Virus record (IMG/VR): IMGVR_UViG_3300045120_000343
Span: 1-57,727 of that record
Direction: 5' to 3' (one strand)
From: a virus
Lineage: Duplodnaviria > Caudoviricetes
Length of the DNA stretch: 57,727 nt
Shown: positions 53,925 through 57,727 of the stretch, one piece after another
How positions within the stretch are numbered: the first letter of the stretch is position 1
Layout of the letters: every line of letters starts with the position of its first letter
The notes under the pieces: model-generated
Database searches by the model: none
What the model was told of the DNA's origin: nothing
What the model saw: the letters and a program-made list of their open reading frames with translations, nothing else
Program-made: the position numbers and the translations under genes

Positions 53925-56021
53925 CTATCCCGAAAACCGCGGTCGCAATCCGTAGCGATTCGTCAGCGCCGAGTTCAAAGCGCCGCGACCGTCGGAAACT
54001 TTACTTGCGATCTGTGCTTCGGCTTGCTCGACGATGAAAATGAGATCGACGCCTCCGGATTGGTTCTTCTTCTGGTCTACTGAGACCTGGGCAGAGCTGT
54101 TGTTCTGGACGTTAACATTGACCTCGACGGCGGAGCGGCCGCCTATTGCCGCCATCTGCCCTGGCGTCAACACCGACTCGTCGCGTGTCAGGATGGCCGG
54201 AACCTCGTTCGCCATAAGGCCAGCATGAAAGCGCGGGGCATCATCAAAATAAGCCGGATGGATATAGCGCGTCGTTCCTTCCGATCCAACGATGCCACCT
54301 GAATGGAATCCCGTACCAGCAAAATATGAACCTGATGCCGGGGATGCTGGCCCCAATCCTGCACCACCGGGCAGAAAACCGCCAATCGCCGACTGCAACG
54401 CTCGCGCAATCGGGATCGTGATCGTCATCTTGATGATCATTTCCTCCAGCGAGCGAATAACTGCCGTGCTCAGATCCTTGAAGGCGTCGCTGGCATTCTT
54501 CGCGCCCGTCGTGATGTCTGCAAGGCTAGACGTCAGACTGCTAGATGCCGAGTTCACGAATTCATCGGCCGCGCTGCGCGTCTGCCTCAGTTGATCGTTC
54601 ACGCGGAGTTGCGCGGCGTACGTCGAGTTCAATGCCGCGGGTACGTCGTTCCCGTATAACCCTTTTAGCTGTTGCGCGATCTGGACATCTTCCGGCGAGA
54701 GCAGCGCGGTCTTTCGGCCGAAGTCTATGTCGCTGGCGATCTTAGCGCGCTCGAGCGCCGCCGCCGCAGCCGCCGCGCGCTCCGCAACTTTCGCAATTTT
54801 GTCGGCGTAATCTTCGAGCTTGCCGCCGTTCTTAACGATGTCCTGTTGCGCCGCTTCCTGGAGGCGAAACTCGGTACGGAGCCTCGCCACCGCCTCGGCG
54901 CCTTTGCCTTCAGTTTGTGCATCGGCCTCTGTCGCTGCGATGTGGCGCTGGATCGATGCTGTCAGGCGGTCAAACTCATCAGCGGCCGTTTTGGTATCAA
55001 GCTCCTTGGGCTTCTCACCGACTGCAGTAAAACGCCCTGTAAACGCGCCGCCTAACCCCGCTGCTAGTGTTTGCCGTGCCCTAGTAAGCGCATCGATCTG
55101 CGGCGGTTCAGGTCTGTAAGATAATCCCGGCTGGCTGGCTGCCGATCCAGGCCCAGCAGACAGCGAGTTTGTGATCAGCGTGGGCAAAAGGAAAGCCGGA
55201 CTGTAAGCCAATATCTTCCCAATCGTCTCCCATGGTATCTTGTTCAAAGGCTCGACGGCTTTCGCGATTATTTCGGCGATGCTCACCCACACCGCCTGAA
55301 ATTTCAATGCAAGGTTCGTTAGATCTAATTGAACCTTGAAAAATTCGTTGATCGTGTTTTTTGCTGCGTCGAGCCGTTTCCCCAACTCGATCGCATTTTG
55401 AACTTGAGTCGATGAAATCGTTTCGGTCTGGAATTTGGTCAATTCCTTCAGTTTGTCTTCAAAGCCGCTCGGCTCAAATAATGCTCGTTGCCCGGCGATG
55501 CTGTATTTCTCTAGGAGGTCGGCCCCTAATTTTAGCACATAATTCAGCGCCTCAAACGCTGCAACCGCAGCTCCTATCGGCAAGGCAATGCGCGAGAAGA
55601 ATGCCAACGCGGGAGCTGAGAACGCGACGACGCGACCGATAACGGTCGCGATCACGCCGAGCTGCGTGCCGAGCAATCCAAGACCTTGCATAATCTCGGC
55701 GTTCACGAAGGATCGAAAGGCGGGAAACAAGGCGTAGGCGCCCAACGCGATGAGCTTCAGATGATTGATGTGGTTAAGAAGATCGCTGGCATGATCGGCG
55801 ATGCTTTTGCCGAAGGCTTGCGATCCGGCTGTAGCTTGCGCCACCGAGTTTTGGTAGGTTTGCTGTTGCCGCGTGACGTTCTGATATGCTTGCTGCTGCG
55901 CATTAAGCGACGTCGTGATCGCGCCGCTTACTTTGTTGTTGTCGTTAACGACCTGATCCACCCCCTCCGTGGAGTAGACGTAGCGCAGCCGTTTTACGGC
56001 GTCCTGCATCGTCGCGGCCAT
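53925..56021 (-). CDS. Tape measure protein (about 698 aa)
   Basis: Ala-rich helical body with hydrophobic segments; C-terminal FHSGGIVG...PRFHAGL..NEVPAIL...E.VLT. Confidence 0.88.
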   Translation of the reverse strand: MAATMQDAVKRLRYVYSTEGVDQVVNDNNKVSGAITTSLNAQQQAYQNVTRQQQTYQNSVAQATAGSQAFGKSIADHASDLLNHINHLKLIALGAYALFPAFRSFVNAEIMQGLGLLGTQLGVIATVIGRVVAFSAPALAFFSRIALPIGAAVAAFEALNYVLKLGADLLEKYSIAGQRALFEPSGFEDKLKELTKFQTETISSTQVQNAIELGKRLDAAKNTINEFFKVQLDLTNLALKFQAVWVSIAEIIAKAVEPLNKIPWETIGKILAYSPAFLLPTLITNSLSAGPGSAASQPGLSYRPEPPQIDALTRARQTLAAGLGGAFTGRFTAVGEKPKELDTKTAADEFDRLTASIQRHIAATEADAQTEGKGAEAVARLRTEFRLQEAAQQDIVKNGGKLEDYADKIAKVAERAAAAAAALERAKIASDIDFGRKTALLSPEDVQIAQQLKGLYGNDVPAALNSTYAAQLRVNDQLRQTRSAADEFVNSASSSLTSSLADITTGAKNASDAFKDLSTAVIRSLEEMIIKMTITIPIARALQSAIGGFLPGGAGLGPASPASGSYFAGTGFHSGGIVGSEGTTRYIHPAYFDDAPRFHAGLMANEVPAILTRDESVLTPGQMAAIGGRSAVEVNVNVQNNSSAQVSVDQKKNQSGGVDLIFIVEQAEAQIASKVSDGRGALNSALTNRYGLRPRFSG

Positions 56022-56028
56022 AATCGTC

Positions 56029-56688
56029 TCAACTTCTGTACTTAACGATGATCGCCGGCGAGGCGACAGAGGCTCCGGCGGCACGAGCGCGTCTACGCCC
56101 AACGCTGCGCCTCAGCGTATATCCGCCGAGCAATTCCATATATCCGAACTGGACATCGGCGATGTTGCCAAAGCGCGCGGCAGCGTCCTTGGCTGTGCGC
56201 TCGTAAATCCGGTTCGGCACTTCGATGACGAATGCCCGGCCGGCTTCGGTCTTTCCGATTTCGATCTTGCGGGCGTAGGGGACGCTATTTGCGAAAACAA
56301 ATTCGTCCGCCTTGGGCGCGACGCCGCCGAGTTGAATTTCGCGACCGTCTGCGAGCAGCTTATGGCCGCGCTTGTAGGCTCCAGAAAGGACCGGCGATCG
56401 GTCGGCGAGTGTGCTGGCAATCCATTTCAGCACGTCGGTGATAAGATCAAATTCAAAAACTACCTCGCCGCGGAGCAGATTGACCGTCTCCAAGGGCGCG
56501 TTCGGCCGACCGTCCACCGTGACCGTGTAAGGGGGCACGTGCCCAAATATCGCTTGATCGGCCGCCTTTGCTTCCTCCAGTCCATCGCGAGTGAACTGTG
56601 CCGCGGCCTGCTGTTCCGCCTGGATAATGGCCAAAGCATCGGCTTGCGTCATCGGTTCAATCGGATCAGCCTTGATCTCTAGCCCCAT
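56029..56688 (-). CDS. HK97 gp10-like neck/tail completion protein
   Basis: RSPVLSGAY, NSVPYARKIE motifs. Confidence 0.7.
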   Translation of the reverse strand: MGLEIKADPIEPMTQADALAIIQAEQQAAAQFTRDGLEEAKAADQAIFGHVPPYTVTVDGRPNAPLETVNLLRGEVVFEFDLITDVLKWIASTLADRSPVLSGAYKRGHKLLADGREIQLGGVAPKADEFVFANSVPYARKIEIGKTEAGRAFVIEVPNRIYERTAKDAAARFGNIADVQFGYMELLGGYTLRRSVGRRRARAAGASVASPAIIVKYRS

Positions 56689-57082
56689 CGCCCTGGCCTT
56701 TGATCCGCTCGCTTTCGATGCTCGCCCGCAATTGCCCAAGACGAACGAGCGCGTTTGCTTCCCATGGCTCAAGCTCGATGTGCATCAGCTCCGACCAGGA
56801 CCGCAATCCCTCCCAGGTGACCGTTGGCGGCGCCATTCCGTTCTGTGAGAGGCCGAGTGAATGCTCACAAAAACACGTCCAGAGGAATTCTGTGCCGGTT
56901 GGCAACGGCGGACCAGGGTCGACGAGCTTTTGAGCCAGCGAATGCTTGCCGAGCTTAGCCCACTGTTCCGCCGCTGAGCGCCTGTGATCCTCTTGCGTGG
57001 CGCCGTCGTCTAAGGTGCGTTTATTCCGGAATTGGTGCTCGCCGAATCGGAGGAGTTCTTCGACGAGCCCTTGATAAAATTT
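56666..57082 (-). CDS. Tail assembly chaperone T part (reached by -1 frameshift)
   Basis: The -1 frame after AAATTTT is open: YQGLVEELLRF...PPLPTGTEFLWTCF...TWEGLRSW...LEPWE. Confidence 0.75.
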   Translation of the reverse strand, partial: KFYQGLVEELLRFGEHQFRNKRTLDDGATQEDHRRSAAEQWAKLGKHSLAQKLVDPGPPLPTGTEFLWTCFCEHSLGLSQNGMAPPTVTWEGLRSWSELMHIELEPWEANALVRLGQLRASIESERIKGQGDGARDQG

Positions 57083-57483
57083 GCGGCGTTACTCACGAAC
57101 ACCCATGCTTGCCGCTGTAGCCAACCCATGCCTGGATCGGACCACAGGTCTCGCGCGTTCTCTTTTGAGAATGGCACGTCGATCGGTTCTCCTTCAAGAT
57201 CGACCAGATACCATTCTGTAGTGAGCGCCACGAGTTTGTCGATCTGGTCCTTTGTCAGATCCTCGCCATCCTGAAGATTGCGGCCCGAACGAAGCCTGCG
57301 AATGGTCTGAAAAGATTGGGCGCGATCGATCTTGCGGCCCGCCTCGCTATCGGCCGACAGGAACGAAACGAATGCCTCCTTGCCGCTCGAGTCCTTTAGT
57401 GGCGTGTCGGTTTTCGGACTGATTATCGGCATGTTGAACGCGCTCTCGACGTCGACCGAAAGCGCGGCGAATTTTCCTGTCAT
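57010..57483 (-). CDS. Tail assembly chaperone G
   Basis: Follows the tube gene; LSADSE, LVALTTEW, PFSKENA, C-terminal ANF slippery site. Confidence 0.8.
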   Translation of the reverse strand: MTGKFAALSVDVESAFNMPIISPKTDTPLKDSSGKEAFVSFLSADSEAGRKIDRAQSFQTIRRLRSGRNLQDGEDLTKDQIDKLVALTTEWYLVDLEGEPIDVPFSKENARDLWSDPGMGWLQRQAWVFVSNAANFIKGSSKNSSDSASTNSGINAP

Positions 57484-57539
57484 GTCGGTTCCTTTCCTCG
57501 TGTCGGCGAGGACATTATCTTGACAATGTCGAGACAATG

Positions 57540-57727
57540 TCAGACGGCCTCCGTGTCGACGATGCGGATTGTCGTGTTTTCGTCACCTGCCACTGTTCCT
57601 GGGCCTAAAAGCGCCTGGAATGGCATCTGAATACTTTGCCCGCCCTCGCCGGCGTCGCTGACGTTTCCGTCGCCGAACTTGAGGCGGGGCAGATAAATGG
57701 AGACGGCAGGCGTCGGCTGCACAGTTT
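57540..57727 (-). CDS. Major tail tube protein, 3' end
   Basis: IYLPRLKF...IQMPFQAL...TTIRI; contiguous with 1-1202 via the terminal overlap. Confidence 0.85.
   Translation of the reverse strand, partial: TVQPTPAVSIYLPRLKFGDGNVSDAGEGGQSIQMPFQALLGPGTVAGDENTTIRIVDTEAV
57601..57727. repeat. Terminal direct repeat, copy 2
   Basis: Identical to 1-127. Confidence 0.95.

Noticed and set aside
57601-57727. 127-bp terminal repeat as a biological direct terminal repeat
   Set aside because: It falls mid tail-tube gene and equals a common assembler k-mer length; the P27 terS/HNH set suggests cos ends elsewhere.

Overview
The window is a complete, circularly assembled genome (57,600 bp unique; bases 1-127 repeat at 57601-57727) of a probably temperate HK97/lambda-like siphophage. 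GcrA-, GapR-, DnaA-domain-IV-, BA14K- and MmgR/suhB-like genes point to a Hyphomicrobiales (Rhizobiales) host. The minus strand carries the early-right operon (cro to a Q-like regulator) and the late operon: HNH, ParB-methylase, terminase, portal, protease, capsid, head-tail genes, a tail tube that wraps the origin, frameshifted tail chaperones, tape measure, baseplate/fibres and lysis. The plus strand carries the repressor, a RecE/Sak4 recombination module, xis/int and small accessory ORFs. The most unusual observations are: (1) a tandem-duplicated distal tail protein extended by 14 WxxPLxEPxR repeats and a LamG tip, preceded by small unknown genes and a 2OG-Fe(II) hydroxylase, possibly a ruler-templated, modified tail filament; (2) CCGACA/UGUCGG-loop hairpins at three late-gene translation starts; (3) a methyltransferase-glycosyltransferase/FkbM cassette inside the head operon; (4) an antisense island with two identically spaced triple-operator promoters; (5) a phage-borne MmgR/suhB-like sRNA. 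All calls come from reading motifs and synteny by eye; no searches were run.
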